64,000 bases of DNA from Malacoraja senta (taxonomy: Eukaryota): assembly GCA_038087875.1 (NCBI GenBank), contig CM075991.1:2604001-2668000 (forward strand), read 5' to 3'. The position numbers and the translations under genes are program-made. Shown here piece by piece: positions 51,073 through 63,030 of the stretch; the first letter of the stretch is position 1; the number at the start of each line of letters is the position of its first letter. The notes beneath the pieces are model-generated. The model saw only the letters and a program-made list of their open reading frames with translations. It did no database searches and had not been told where the DNA came from.

Positions 51073-52230
51073 TTAGTTTAGTTTAGTTTAGAGATACAGC
51101 ACGGAAACTGGCCCCTCGGCCCACCGAGTCTGCACCGTCCAGCGATCCCCGCACATTAACACTATCCCACACACACCAGGGATAATTTACAATAATAACA
51201 ATCTAATTAACTTACAAGCCCGCACGTCTTTGGAGTGTGGGCGGAAACCGAAAATCTCAGGCAAAACCCACGCAGGTCACGATGAGAACATACAAACTCC
51301 GTAGTCGGGATCGAATCCAGGCCTCTGACGCTGCAAGCTCTGTAAAGTAAGTAAAGTAAAGTAAGTTTATTTATATAGCACTTTTCAATCAAATCACTGA
51401 AGCCAAAGTGCTTTACAGAGAGAATTATCCATATAAATGAAAAATAAAAAAGGTAGAATAAAAAAAAAAGACAGGACACACAATTAGAGATTCAACACGA
51501 ACATCCCCCCTACAGCAGAGTCGACACTCTCCACTGTGAGGGAAAGGCACCAAAATGTCCAGTCCTCCTCCTAGTCCACCCGAAGTCGGGGCCAGTTTGA
51601 GGCCTCCGCAGCCAGTCGCCGCAACGGCAGCCCGATGTTGTAGACCCACCCGCCGGGAAGCTGGAACACCAGCATCGGGTGGAAAGTCCTCAGCGGATTG
51701 GAAGTGTCTGGAGCGGCCGCTCCCTCCCCAGAGACTGCGACGCCCGTAGTCTTCAGGCCGCGCCGGTTGGAGCTTCGACTCTGACTCCGCGGTGTTTTTG
51801 ATCCAGCGCCGCCCGCCCACGGCGGGATGCCCTCAGACCGCAGCCCGCGGCTGCTCGATGTTGGTGGTCGGCGGTCATAGCACTCCGGAGCGGCGACCCG
51901 GCAAGGCATCGCCCGCTCCGTGTTGGTGTCCCAGCGCTGTGCCGCCGAAGCTGTGGTCCCGGCAGGAAACGACGCTCCAGCCCGATGGAAGGCCGCATGG
52001 GGAGAGCGAAGATGCGATTTGGAGGAAAACCGCATCTCCGACCAGGTAGGACTGGGGTTAAAGCAGTTTCCCCCCACCCCCCACATAGAAAGAATAGACC
52101 TCCAAATAAAAATTATTGACAATAAAAAGGGTTAGAGGACGGACTGCAGGCAGGCAGCCCGCACAACCGGCGCCCACTCCTGCACATCCGCCATCAAAAA
52201 GCAGCAACTCTACCGCTGCGCCACCGTGCT
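51073..52230 (-). mobile_element. HE1 SINE split by an insertion at 51346-52195
   Basis: GCTCTGTAA|...|GCAGCAACTCTACCGCTGCGCCACCGTG resumes after the insert. Confidence 0.8.
51346..52195 (-). mobile_element. Apparently full-length GC-rich non-tRNA retroposon with an L2-type tail
   Basis: Starts GATGGCGG and shares head and core motifs with 33364-34214. Ends TGTAAAGCACTTTG...GAAAAGTGCTATATAAATAAA(CTTA/CTTTA)n. Confidence 0.8.
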
Positions 52231-52889
52231 GCTCTTGTGGTCTCTCCCTTTGCATCACAAGATTTTGCTTTTTTCTCTTTTGTCGGATTATAACTCGAAA
52301 CACTCTTCTTCCGGCCACTTTACAAAATGGACCTCCTACACATCCTGCCCCTCGCAAGATCATGTTCACAGACACATCTCGGTGCTTTGCAGGATGTAAC
52401 TTTCTCCCAAGTCAACAACCCTACGTTGCTCGTCATCTCTCTCAACTCTGGTTTTGACCAACAGATCAACACCATTCTTGGGCCCACTGGCCTTCAATTC
52501 TACAGCTCTCTTTATTTCAAGCATTCTATTGCAAGTGAAAATATACTTTCCCCAGAATGGCCACAATAATCACCATATCCAGAACACTTTGCTTCACGCC
52601 AGGAATCTGACGGGTCACTTTAATAGGTCAATGGGGACCCTGGGCTCACCATGGAGTACGAGAGATGTTGGGAGGGTGGAGAGAGTGAGGAGGTGGGAAA
52701 GAGGAAGAGGGGAAAAGCAGAAAGAAGGGAGAGGAAGGGAACTGTGCTGCTTGAATGAGCCAGGCATTGAGGGCTGTGGACCAAGTACAGGGAGATAGGA
52801 TTAACATGGATGGGTGCCTGCTGGTCAGCATGAATGTGATGGGCTGAATAGCCTATGTCCATGCAGTATGACCCTATACGCAGGTCGTA

Positions 52890-53176
52890 TTCTTCCATTC
52901 CGACGTCGGAGTTTCGATCATCCCAGCGAGAGGGCCTGAACAGCAAGTAGCAGCAACTGAGGAGGCCTCAATAGGCCCCGACCACGGGTGAACAATGAGG
53001 AAGATGACTGAACTTTGGTGCCTTCCCTCACAGTGGGAAACGTTGATCCCGCTGTATGGGGATGTTCATGTTAAATTCTATCGTGTGTAGTGTTTTTTTT
53101 ATTTGTATGGCTGCATGGTAACTCAAATCTCACTGCACCAACTGGTGCACGTGACAATAAATGTAACCTGACCTTG
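52890..53176 (+). mobile_element. GC-rich retroposon, 5'-truncated, Rex1-type tail
   Basis: GGCCCCGACCACGGGTGAAC..GGAAGATGACTGAACTTTGGTGCCTTCC-hairpin-GGATG, then GTGACAATAAA. Confidence 0.75.
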
Positions 53177-53519
53177 AGCTGAACTCTAGGATGCTCCTTG
53201 TTCTGGGATTACCTGACAATCACAAGTTCCAAGGCGTTGCGGTCAGCATTACCGCCAAGCTGGGGATCTCCAGGATACATTAAAGCACGTAGGGATCCAG
53301 TGGTTGATAACCCTATCAACAACAAGCCCCACTCACAAAATATCACACACCTTGGACTATAGAGCTGGCAATCCCACTTGGAGACCAGGCATGTCATTCC
53401 AAACTCAACCAACCTGAAGTAGGGTCCCGTCCTGAATCGTCACCTCGCCTTGTTCTCCAGAGATGCTGCCTGACCCTGACAGGGATGTAATGCTGAGGCT
53501 CTAGAAGGCGCTGGTCAGT

Positions 53520-53920
53520 CCTGCCACTCCGCCCGGCTCGGCCTGTGGACTTCGGGAGCCGTGGACTCCGGTGGGAGGTGGCTGATCTGGAGGTCCGGGC
53601 CGCTGAGGATGTTCTCCGTCGGGGTTCCACCATTCCCGGCGAGAGGGCCTGAGCATCGGGCCGCCCGTGGCGGCGACTGCAGGTGCTCGGGAGGCCCCGA
53701 CTACGGGTGAACATCTGGGAAGATCGGCTGGACTATGGTACCTTCCTTAACTTTGGTGCCGCTGTGGGGTCATGTTGTGTCGTGGACTTCTGTGTTTGTG
53801 CTTTTTTATTTTTTTATTGATTTATTATTTATTTTTATGATACATGACTGTAAGGAAAATCCATTTCGTTGTCTCTTATGAGATAATGACAATAAATTGA
53901 ATACAATACAATACAATACA
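53520..53920 (+). mobile_element. GC-rich retroposon, 5'-truncated, inserted in CR1
   Basis: GGCCCCGACTACGGGTGAAC; ends ATGACAATAAATTG(AATAC)n. Confidence 0.7.
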
Positions 53921-54470
53921 AAATTTGGAATATTGCGAGCAATTTTGCGCACCATATCTGAGGAAGGATGTGCTGGCTCTGGAGAGGGTCCAGAGCAATG
54001 ATCCCAGGAACTAGAAGGTTAACCTATGATGAGCATTTGTCGGCACTGGGCCTGTACTCACTTGAGTTTAGAAGAATGAGGGGGGACCTCATTGAAACGT
54101 ACAGCATAGTGAAAGGCTTGGATAGAGTGGATGTGGAGAGGATGTTTCCACTAGTGGGAGAGTCTAGGACAAGAGGTCATAGTCTCAGAATTAAAGGACG
54201 TTCTTTTAGGAAGGAGAGAAGGAGAAATTTCTTTAGTCAGATGGTGGTGAATCTGTGGAAATCTTTGGCACAGAACGCTGTGGAGGCCGAAACAGTGGAT
54301 ATTTTTAAAGCAGAGATAGATAGATTTGTGATTTGTACGGGTTTCAGGGGTTATGGGGAGAAAGAAGGAGAATGGGGTTAGGGGGAGAGATAGATCAGCC
54401 ATGATCGAATGGCGGAGTGGACTTGATGGGCCGAGTGGCCTAATTCTACACCTATCCCTTATGACCTTAT
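53921..54470 (+). mobile_element. CR1 3' fragment
   Basis: LGLYSLEFRRMRGDLIETY...VVNLWKSL. Confidence 0.9.
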
Positions 54471-55014
54471 GACCCGCGGTGTTACTCCAACACTTTGTGT
54501 CTTTTTCTTTTGTAAAGCAGCATTTACAGTTCCTTGTTTCTACCATTCCAATGAATTTGCACTGTGTTCACTTGATGACCAACACAGCTTTCTAAATGCA
54601 TGTGGTGGCCCGTGGCCAGAGTGTAACTTGTATTCATTGCCCTCCCCATCGAAAGGCTTCACATTATTTAAATGGATCGCATGGTGCTAAACTCCAGTAG
54701 AATTCCCATTCCCTCAGTAGTGACTGCAGTACATTCTCGATCGCTCATAAAAGCCATAAAGTGAAATGAAAGAAAACAAAATTCATTAAGAATCATTCAG
54801 CAGCAAGGCAGCAGCTGATCACAGAGGGAAGGTAAAGTTAATCGTTCAAGTCGATGGCTGGTTCATCAGAACCGCAAAGTGTTAATCCAAACGTCCTCTC
54901 TCCAGTAATGTTGTTGGAACAACTGAGTGTTTCCAGACGTTCTGAAGTCTGCCAATGTTTTGACTTTAACCATAAAATTCATGTTGGCTTTTCAACTTCT
55001 TTAGAAAGGAAGAC

Positions 55015-57640
55015 TTTAGACAATAGACAATAGACAATAGACAATAGGTGCAGGAGTAGGCCATTCGGCCCTTTGAGCAAGCATCGCCGTTCAATGTGGT
55101 CGTGGCTGATCATCCATAATCAGTACCCCTTTCCTGCCTTCTCCCCATATCCATTGATTCTGCTATCTTTAAGAGCTCTATCTAGCTCTCTCTTGAAAGC
55201 ATCCAGAGAACCGGCCTCCACCGCCTTCTGAGGCAGAGAATTCCACAGACTCGCCACTCTCTGTGAGAAAAAGTGTCTCCTCATCTCCGTTCTAAATGGC
55301 TTACCCTTTATTCTTAAACTGTGGCCCCTGGTTCTGGACTCCCCCAACATCGGGAACATGTTTCCTGCCTCTAGCGTATCCAAACCCTGAATAATCTTAA
55401 ATGTTTCAATAAGATTCCCTCTCATCTTTTTAAATTCCAGAGTGTACAAGCCCAGCCGCTCCATTCTATCAACATATGACAGTCCCGCCATCAACCTCGT
55501 GAACCTACGCTGCACTCCCTCAATAGTAAAAATATCCTTCCTCAAATTTGGAGACCAAAACTGCACACAATACTCCAGGTGTGGTCTCACTAGGGCCATG
55601 AACAACTGCAGAAGGTCCTCTTTACTCCTCTACTCAACTCCTCTTGTTATGAAGGCCAACATGCCATTTGCTTTCTTCACTGCCTGCTGTACCTGCATGC
55701 TTACTTTCAGTGACTGATGAACAAGGACCCCCAGATCCCGTTGTACTTCCCCTTTTCCCAACTTGACGGCATTTAGATAGTAATCTGCCTTCCTGTTTTT
55801 GCCTCGAAAGTGGATAACCTCACATTTATCCACATTAAACTGCATCTGCCATGCATCTGCCCACTCATCCAACCTGTCCAAGTCACCCTGCATCCTCTTC
55901 ACAGTTAAAGTAGATCATTAATGTATATTGTAAATAGCTGCGGTCCCAGCACCGAGCCTTGTGGTACCCCACTAGTCACTGCCTGCCATTCTGAAAGGGA
56001 CCCGTTAATCTCTACTCTTTGTTTCCTGTCTGCCAACCAATTTTCTATCCATGTCAGCACTCTACCCCCAATACCACGTGCCCTAATTTTGCCCACTAAT
56101 CTCCTATGTGGGACCTTATCAAATGCTTTCTGAAAGTCCAGGTACACTACATCCACTGGCTCTCCCTTGTCCATTTTCCCAGTTACATCCTCAAAAAATT
56201 CCAGAAGATTAGTCAAGCATGATTTCCCCTTCGTAAATCCATGCTGACTCAGACCAATCCTGCTACTGCTATCCAAATGTGCCGCTATTTCATCTTTTAT
56301 AACTGACTCCAGCATCTTCCCCACCACCGATGTCAGGTTAACTAGTCTATAATTTTGTTTTCTCTCTCCCACCTTTCTTAAAAAGTGGGATAACATTGGC
56401 TACCCTCCAATCCACAGGAACTGATCCTGAATCTATAGAACATTGGAAATGATCGCCAATGTATCCACGATTTCTAGAGCCACTTCCTTAAGTACCCTGG
56501 GATGCAGACCATCAGGCCCTGAGGATTTATCAGCCTTCAGTCCCATCAGTCTATCCAACACCATTTCCTGCCTAATGTGCATTTCCTTCAGTTCCTCCAT
56601 CACCCCAGATCCTCTGGCCACTAGTACATCAGGGAGATTGTTTGTGTCCTCCTTAGTGAAGATGGATCCATAGTAGGCTGAGATCGCCAGTGTGTGGAGC
56701 TCCGTCTGGCGCGGTCTGTTGGCTTGGAAGCCGCGGTCTCCGGTGGGAAGGCGGTCGTTCCTGGTACCCCAAGCTGCTGGGGGTTCTCCCGACGCCGGAG
56801 CACCATCACCCGGCGAGAACATCGGGCACCGAGGCGGCGACTGTGGAGGCCTCAGTGGGCCCGTCTCTGGGTGGACAAGAGGATGGGGACTGGACTTTGT
56901 GCCTTCCCCCACAGTGGGGACCACTGTGGGGGGATGTTTTGGTGTTGAACTTCTTTTTAATACTATGTTGTATTTTATTAGTGTGCTGCAAGGACATCTG
57001 AATTTCCCCTGAATAAGGGGATTAATAAAATCTAATTCAAATTCAAATTCAAATTCAAAGTACCTGTTCAACTCATCTGCCATTTCCTTGTTCCCCATAA
57101 TAAATTCACCTTTTCCAGTCTTCAATGGTCCAACTTTGGTCTTAATTAATTTGTTCCTCTTCACATACCTAAAGAAGCTTTTACTATCCTCCTATTCTTG
57201 GCTAGCTTACCTTCGTACCTCATCTTTTCTCCCTGTATTGCCTTTTTAGTTATCTTCTGTTGCTCTTTAAAAGTCAGCCAATCCTCTGGCTTCCCGCTCA
57301 TGTTTGCTATGTTATACCGCTTCTCTTTTATTTTTATACTGTCCTTGACTTCCCTTTATCAGCCACGGTCGCCCCTTACTCCCCTTGGAATCTTTCTACC
57401 TCTTTGGAATGAACTGATCCTGCACCTTCTGTACTATTCCCAGAAATACCTGCCATTGTTGTTCCACTGTCATCCCTGCTATGGGTATCTTTCCAGTCAA
57501 CTTTGGCCAGCTCCTCCCTCATGGCCCCTTAGTCCCCTTTGTTCAACTGTAATAGTGACACCTCCGATTTTCCCTTCTTCCTCTCAAATTGTAGATTAAA
57601 ACATCAGATTATGGTCACTACCTCCAAATGGCTCCTTTAC
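55015..57640 (-). mobile_element. CR1 LINE, ~2.2-kb ORF2 remnant covering the RT domain
   Basis: [60 protein letters not shown], and a (CAATAGA)n tail. Confidence 0.95.
56676..57055 (+). mobile_element. GC-rich retroposon inserted in CR1, Rex1-type tail
   Basis: GGACTTTGTGCCTT-CCCCCACAGTGG-GGA-CCACTGTGGGGG-GATG; AATTTCCCCT..AGGGGATTAATAAA (ATTCAA)n; imperfect TSD CA[T/A]AGTA. Confidence 0.8.
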
Positions 57641-57702
57641 ATCGAGTTATAAAGACAGGATATTTTCTGGATATAAAGCATGCGCTTGTCCTGAGGTTCG
57701 AT

Positions 57703-57918
57703 CTGTGCAGGAAGGAACTGCAGATGCTGGTTCAGACCGAAGACAGACACAAAAAGCTGGAGTAACATAGCGGGACAGGCAGCATCTCTGGAGAGAAGGA
57801 CTGGGTGAGATATCGGTTTGAGGTCTGAAGAAGGGTCTCGACCCAAAGCGTCACCCATTCCTTCTCTCCAGAGATGCTGCCTGTCCCACTGAGTTACTCC
57901 AGCTTTTTGTGTCTATCT
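57703..57918. mobile_element. Penelope-derived repeat, back-to-back inverted pair
   Basis: Minus copy ~57703-57820 abuts a plus copy starting GTCTGAAGAAGGGTCTCGACCC. Confidence 0.8.
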
Positions 57919-58074
57919 AAGGTTTGATCTGCTACTCCTGTCAATGCATTTTTTTTAATGAGCCAGAGTATTTCTGGGCACTCTTATGCTTTAAGTGCCA
58001 CTGTGAGAAAACTTGGACGCACATAGTCCCAATGGAAAAGGTCATTTGAAAACCATAAGGTCTCTGGAGCAGGA

Positions 58075-58572
58075 CAGACCCAAAATGCTGGAGTAACTCA
58101 TGGGGACAGGCAACATTCTATGGATGACCCTTCATCGGACTGAGTTGGGGGGGGGGGGGGGGAGGGAGGAATAGAGATAAGGAAGAGTAAGGTGTGAAAA
58201 CGAGACAAAGGGGATGGAGTTCAAGGAAAATGTAGAATAGATCAGTGTTAGCTAGGAGAAGGTTACAATAAAGCAAACAGGGCTAAAATATAAATGAGGA
58301 CAGTCAGACTGGTTGAAGAACTTGGAAGGGGGGAGGGATAGATAGAGGGGGAAAGCAAGGGTTATTGAAGTAGAGAAGTCACTGTTCATACCGCTGGGGT
58401 GTAAGCTGCCCAAGCAAAATATGAGGTGATGTTCCTCCAATTTGCGTTGGGCCTCACTCTGACAATGGAGGAGGCCCAGGACAGAAATGTCAGTGTGGGA
58501 ATAGGAGGGGGAGTTAAAGTGTTTAGAAACCGGGAGATCAGGTAGGTTTAGGCGGACTGAGCGGAGGTGTAC
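58075..58572 (-). mobile_element. Penelope-like element 3' fragment (GIY-YIG C-terminus + pLTR)
   Basis: HLRSVR....LPVSKHFNS..H....SVLGL.......RKLEEHHLIF.LGSLHPSGMN. Confidence 0.85.
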
Positions 58573-60051
58573 AGTAGATGGCATCCCTGTGCATGTTCTC
58601 ATTCTGGGTGGTGAGGACTTTCAGTCTCAGAACCACTCCTTGTTGTCCGTACCTGGGAAGGGTTTGATAGCAAGGACCTCAGGCACTTGGTAGATAGGTC
58701 CATCTACCAGAAAGCTGCCGTGCCTGACTGCAGTAACTGGAGAAGGATGTTCATAGTGCTCAGAGAATACTATCACCAGGCTGGGCAGATACATTTAAAA
58801 TAAATCGAGGCACGTACATGGATGAGAAAGGTTCATGGGAAAGATAGTGGTGTTTAAGAGGCTTTTAGCTGGGCATGGTGCTATAGCAAAGACGCTAGAC
58901 TTAAAGTACTGGAGTAACTCAGCGGGTCAGGCAACATCCCTGGAAAACATCGATTGTTGATATTTCAAGCTGGGACCCTACTTCAGACTGGCTCAAAACA
59001 TTACCTATCCATGTTCTCCAGGGATGCTGCCTGACCCACTGAGCATTCTCTGTCTTTCCTTGGTAAACAGGCACCTGCGGCTCCTTGCTTCCACATAGAA
59101 AAGTAGGGATTGAGCTGGGAAGAGGCCAGAAATTATTTGAACGAGCAACGATTGTACTGCCATCACTAAGTGACTGCTTAGCACTCTTGATCCAAATATT
59201 TTTCCCAATTTCTACTCCATTATTTTCCTGAAGCAACTAAATCACCACCAAAAATCCCAACCTCTTTTCTACTCCCCTTCCTCCCCTCTTCCTCTCTCCC
59301 ATGTCTGACCTTGCACCAGTTTCCCCTTCCCCCCCTCCCCCTCCCCCCATCTCCACTTGTACTGTTTACAATGGACGCACAATTCACAACTTTTCTATTC
59401 CTGAGCTTAACAATTCACGACTCTTTATCCTCTCAGCCTCACACCTGTCTCCTCATCTCTGGCCTTTGTAAAAAAAATCTGCCTATCAAATAACTACCTT
59501 GCCTGTGTTCACCTTTCAGATGCCATGCTCTGCCCTGCTCCCTTCCTCCTCCCAGTTTTCATTCCCGGCCCCCTACACTCAGTCCGAAGTAGGGTCTCGA
59601 CCCGAAACATCACCTTGTTCTCATGAGATGTTGCCTGACCCGCTGAGTTACTCCAGCACTTTGTGTCTTTCTGTTGTAAATGCCACAATATGTTTGAACA
59701 GCAGCAGAGCCAGGCTCTAAAGCCTAAATGTCCACCTAGTTTTGATAGTCGTTCGACAACAGGATAAAATCACATATGAGCCCCGATTCCCTTCAGGTTT
59801 AGAAGTCTAAGATTTACAGAAGGGGGTCATAATTTGGCAAACTGACCTTCTTTGCAAAAGTCCATGTGTGCTGATGTCAAATGAATCGCTCCACATTCAA
59901 CACCAAACCAGGAACTGTACTGAATACATATGAGGTCTGATTGATAGACACTTCTTCCAACCAACATCTGCAGTTCCTTTTTATTACATGTTGTCTGCTC
60001 CACTGTTAAATCTCCTCAAGGCATGACTACTTTGTAAAGTCCTTCTCCTAT

Positions 60052-60368
60052 GGGCAGCACGGTGGCGCAGCGATAGAGTTGCATCCTTACAGCGCCAGAG
60101 ACCCGGGTTCGATCCTGAGTACAGATGCTTGTCTACACGGAGTTTACATGTGCTCCATGTGACCTGTGTGGGTTTTCTCTGGGATCTCCAGATTCCTCCC
60201 ACACTCCAAAGACAGGTTTGTACATTTAATTGGTTCGGTATAATTGTAAATTGTTCCTAGCGTGTGTGGGATAGCACTAGTGTGCGGGGATCGCAGGTCA
60301 GCGCGGACTTGGCGGGCCGAAGGGCCTGTTTCTGCGTTGTATCTCAAAACTAAACTAAACTAAACTAA
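60052..60368 (+). mobile_element. HE1 V-SINE
   Basis: Full head, body and (AAACT)n tail. Confidence 0.88.
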
Positions 60369-61114
60369 TCTCTTACCTATCTCTAAATTAAACTAAACCC
60401 TCTCTAACGTGTACTGAAGAAGGATCCTGACCTGAAACGTCAGCTATCTATTTTCTCCAGAGGTGCTGCCTGACCCACTGAGTTACTCCAACACTTTGTG
60501 TCTATCTTTAGAATAAACCAGCATCTGCAGTTCCTTGTTACTACATGTGGTTTGATTGACTCAGTTCCCCATTGAGTCCATTTCCAAATATTCAGGAAAT
60601 GCCTATCTAAAAACACACTAAAACTAGCTTGGCCTGGAGACGCATCAGTACATGGCCAATTGTGTGTCTAATTTTAGAAAAGCAGATATAAAGGTATTGT
60701 TATAGTTATTGATGTGAACACATTTAACAGTCTATCAGAAAGCCATTTCCCACATCCCCATAGGCTAATTTACTAGCAAACATGGAAAGTTAAAGGGAAA
60801 TAAAACAGTCGGGGTTGCTGCAGAGTGAGCAGAGGGCCGTACGTTCAGGGGGGGAGAGGTTAGAGTGAGTAAGGGGAGTGGAAAAGTTGAGGTGGTTGAT
60901 GTCCGCCCGCAGTTAGAAATGAAAAAGGTCTAAAGAATCTGATCTGGTATTTTGTTGGTTCACATGCTTGATCAATGGTGTTTTATTATTATTAACGTTT
61001 AGTGTTTTCGGAGTCATTCGTAACTGTCACTGTATGTCATGTTAATTGTGGGTGGAGCACCAAGGCAAATTCCTTGTATGTGAATACTTGGCCAATAAAC
61101 TTACTTACTTACTA

Positions 61115-61582
61115 AAGGTAGAGGGCCCCGGGGGAGGGGGTCCGTTGGAGATTGGAGAAGGGGTCATCACTGGGTGGTGAGGACTCCTTCCCATAGAAAA
61201 AGGCGTAGAGGCGGAGGCGACGGAAGAGAAGCTCCACCTCGTGGCGGACGCGGAACTCATTGAGGTGGGGACGGAGGGGAACAAAGGTGAGGCCTCTGCT
61301 GAGGACAGACCGTTCCGTATCAGAAAGGGGGAGGTCAGGGGGGATGGTGAACACATGGCAAGGGTGGGGGTTGGGGTTGGGGTTGGAGGAGGGCAGGTGA
61401 GTTCATGGAGGCTGAGGCGATGTCTGGTGGGTGTTCAGTGAGAAGGGGGGTTGAAGAAGGGTCTCGACCCGAAACATCGCCCATTCCATCTCTCCAGAGA
61501 TGCTGCCTCACCCGCTGAGTTACTCCAGCATTTTGTGTCTACCTTCGATTTAAACCAGCATCTGCAGTTCTTTCCTACACAT
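61115..61582. mobile_element. Penelope-like ORF fragment (-) with adjacent oppositely oriented pLTR (+)
   Basis: FTIPPDLPLSDTERSVLSRGLTFVP...FRRLRL resembles the PLE N-terminal L..GL.F.P motif. pLTR TTGAAGAAGGGTCTCGACCCGAAAC at 61451. Confidence 0.75.
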
Positions 61583-62274
61583 GTTAAGTTGAAGTCTTGT
61601 TTTAAAGTTGAACATTTTCTGTTTTGAATTAACATCACTGTGAACTTGAATGAGAACCAGATGAACCCTTTTATAATAGTTTTGTCTTCCTGTATATTAG
61701 CTCAGGCAATATCTGGCAACATATGGTCATGGATCATCCACGTACGTTAGCTGCAATGAGTATGAAGGGTGATCACGGATTCACATCAAACGTTTCCAAT
61801 CTGTTAGTTGTGTTTCCTTTCAAATGAATGAAAACAAGCGTGTTTGATTCTAATTTGAACCAGGGGCCGCGGGTGAAAGAAGGTTTGCGAGGGCAATTAC
61901 CCGATGTTGACACAACTCCTATCCTCAATGGGACACGTCAAGCACTGAGTGAAATTTAGGAGCTGTATTTTCCACCTGTTGCTGCCACTGTCAGGTTCTG
62001 AGTGATTGTTGAATTGGTTTGGACAACTCGGCGGCTATTCGAGCAGATTCAGTGTTCCATTGTAGCAACTTCCTGTAACACAACCCAGAGCCTTAAATAA
62101 ACCATCTCCTCTATATTTGATTCCTCCTGTGTAAACCAGTGGGGTTCAGTCTGAAGTGTCCAGACATGAAACGTCGCCTGTCCATTCTCTCCTCAGATGC
62201 TGCCTGACCCGTCGAGTTCCTCCAGCTCAAGATTCCAGCATCTGCAGGTTATTTCATTTTATTTCATTATATTT

Positions 62275-63030
62275 TTAGTTTAGTTGAGTTTAGTTTAGAG
62301 ATACAGGGCGGAAACAGGCCCTTCGGCCCACTGAGTCTGCGCCGACCAGCTATCCCCACACACTAACACTCCCCTACGCACACTAGGAACAATTTACATT
62401 TCTATCGCCAATTAACCAACAAACCTGCACTTCTTTGGAGTGTGGGAGGAAACGGAAGATCACGGAGGAAACTTACGCAGGTCACAATAGACAATAGACA
62501 ATAGGTGCAGGAGTAGGCCATTTGGCCCTTCGAGCCAGCACTGCCATTCAATGTGATCATTGCTGATCATCCGCAATCAGTATCCCGTCCCTGCCTTCTC
62601 CCCATATCCCCTGACTCCGCTATTTTTAAGAGCCCTATCTAGCTCTCTCTTGAAAGCATCCAGAGAACCTGCCTCCACCACCCTCTGAGGCAGAGAATTC
62701 CACAGACTCACCACTCTCTGTGAGAAAAAGTGTTTCCTTGTCTCCGTTCTAAATGGCTTACTCCTTATTCTTAAACTGTGGCCCCTGGTTCTGGACTCCC
62801 CCAACATCAGTAACATGTTTGCTGCCCCTAGCGTGTCCAAGCCCTTAACGATCTTATATGTTTCAATGAGAAACCCTCTCATCCTTCTAAACTCCAGAGT
62901 GTACAAGCCCAGCTGCTCCATTCTCTCAGCGGGGAGAACATACAAACTCCGTACAGACAGCACCCGTAGTCGGTATCGAATCCGGGTCTCTGCCGCTGTA
63001 AGGCAGCAACCGCTGCACCACCGCGCCACC
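62275..63030 (-). mobile_element. HE1 SINE split by a CR1 3' fragment (~62486-62929)
   Basis: GCAGGTCA|CR1|CGGGGAGAAC; CR1 frame ERMEQLGLYTLEFRRMRG...GYGEKAGTGY*. Confidence 0.85.

Noticed and set aside
53209..53412. AG...GT-bounded open frame on the minus strand
   Set aside because: The acceptor comes from an adjacent Penelope repeat, the peptide is unrecognisable and there are no partner exons.
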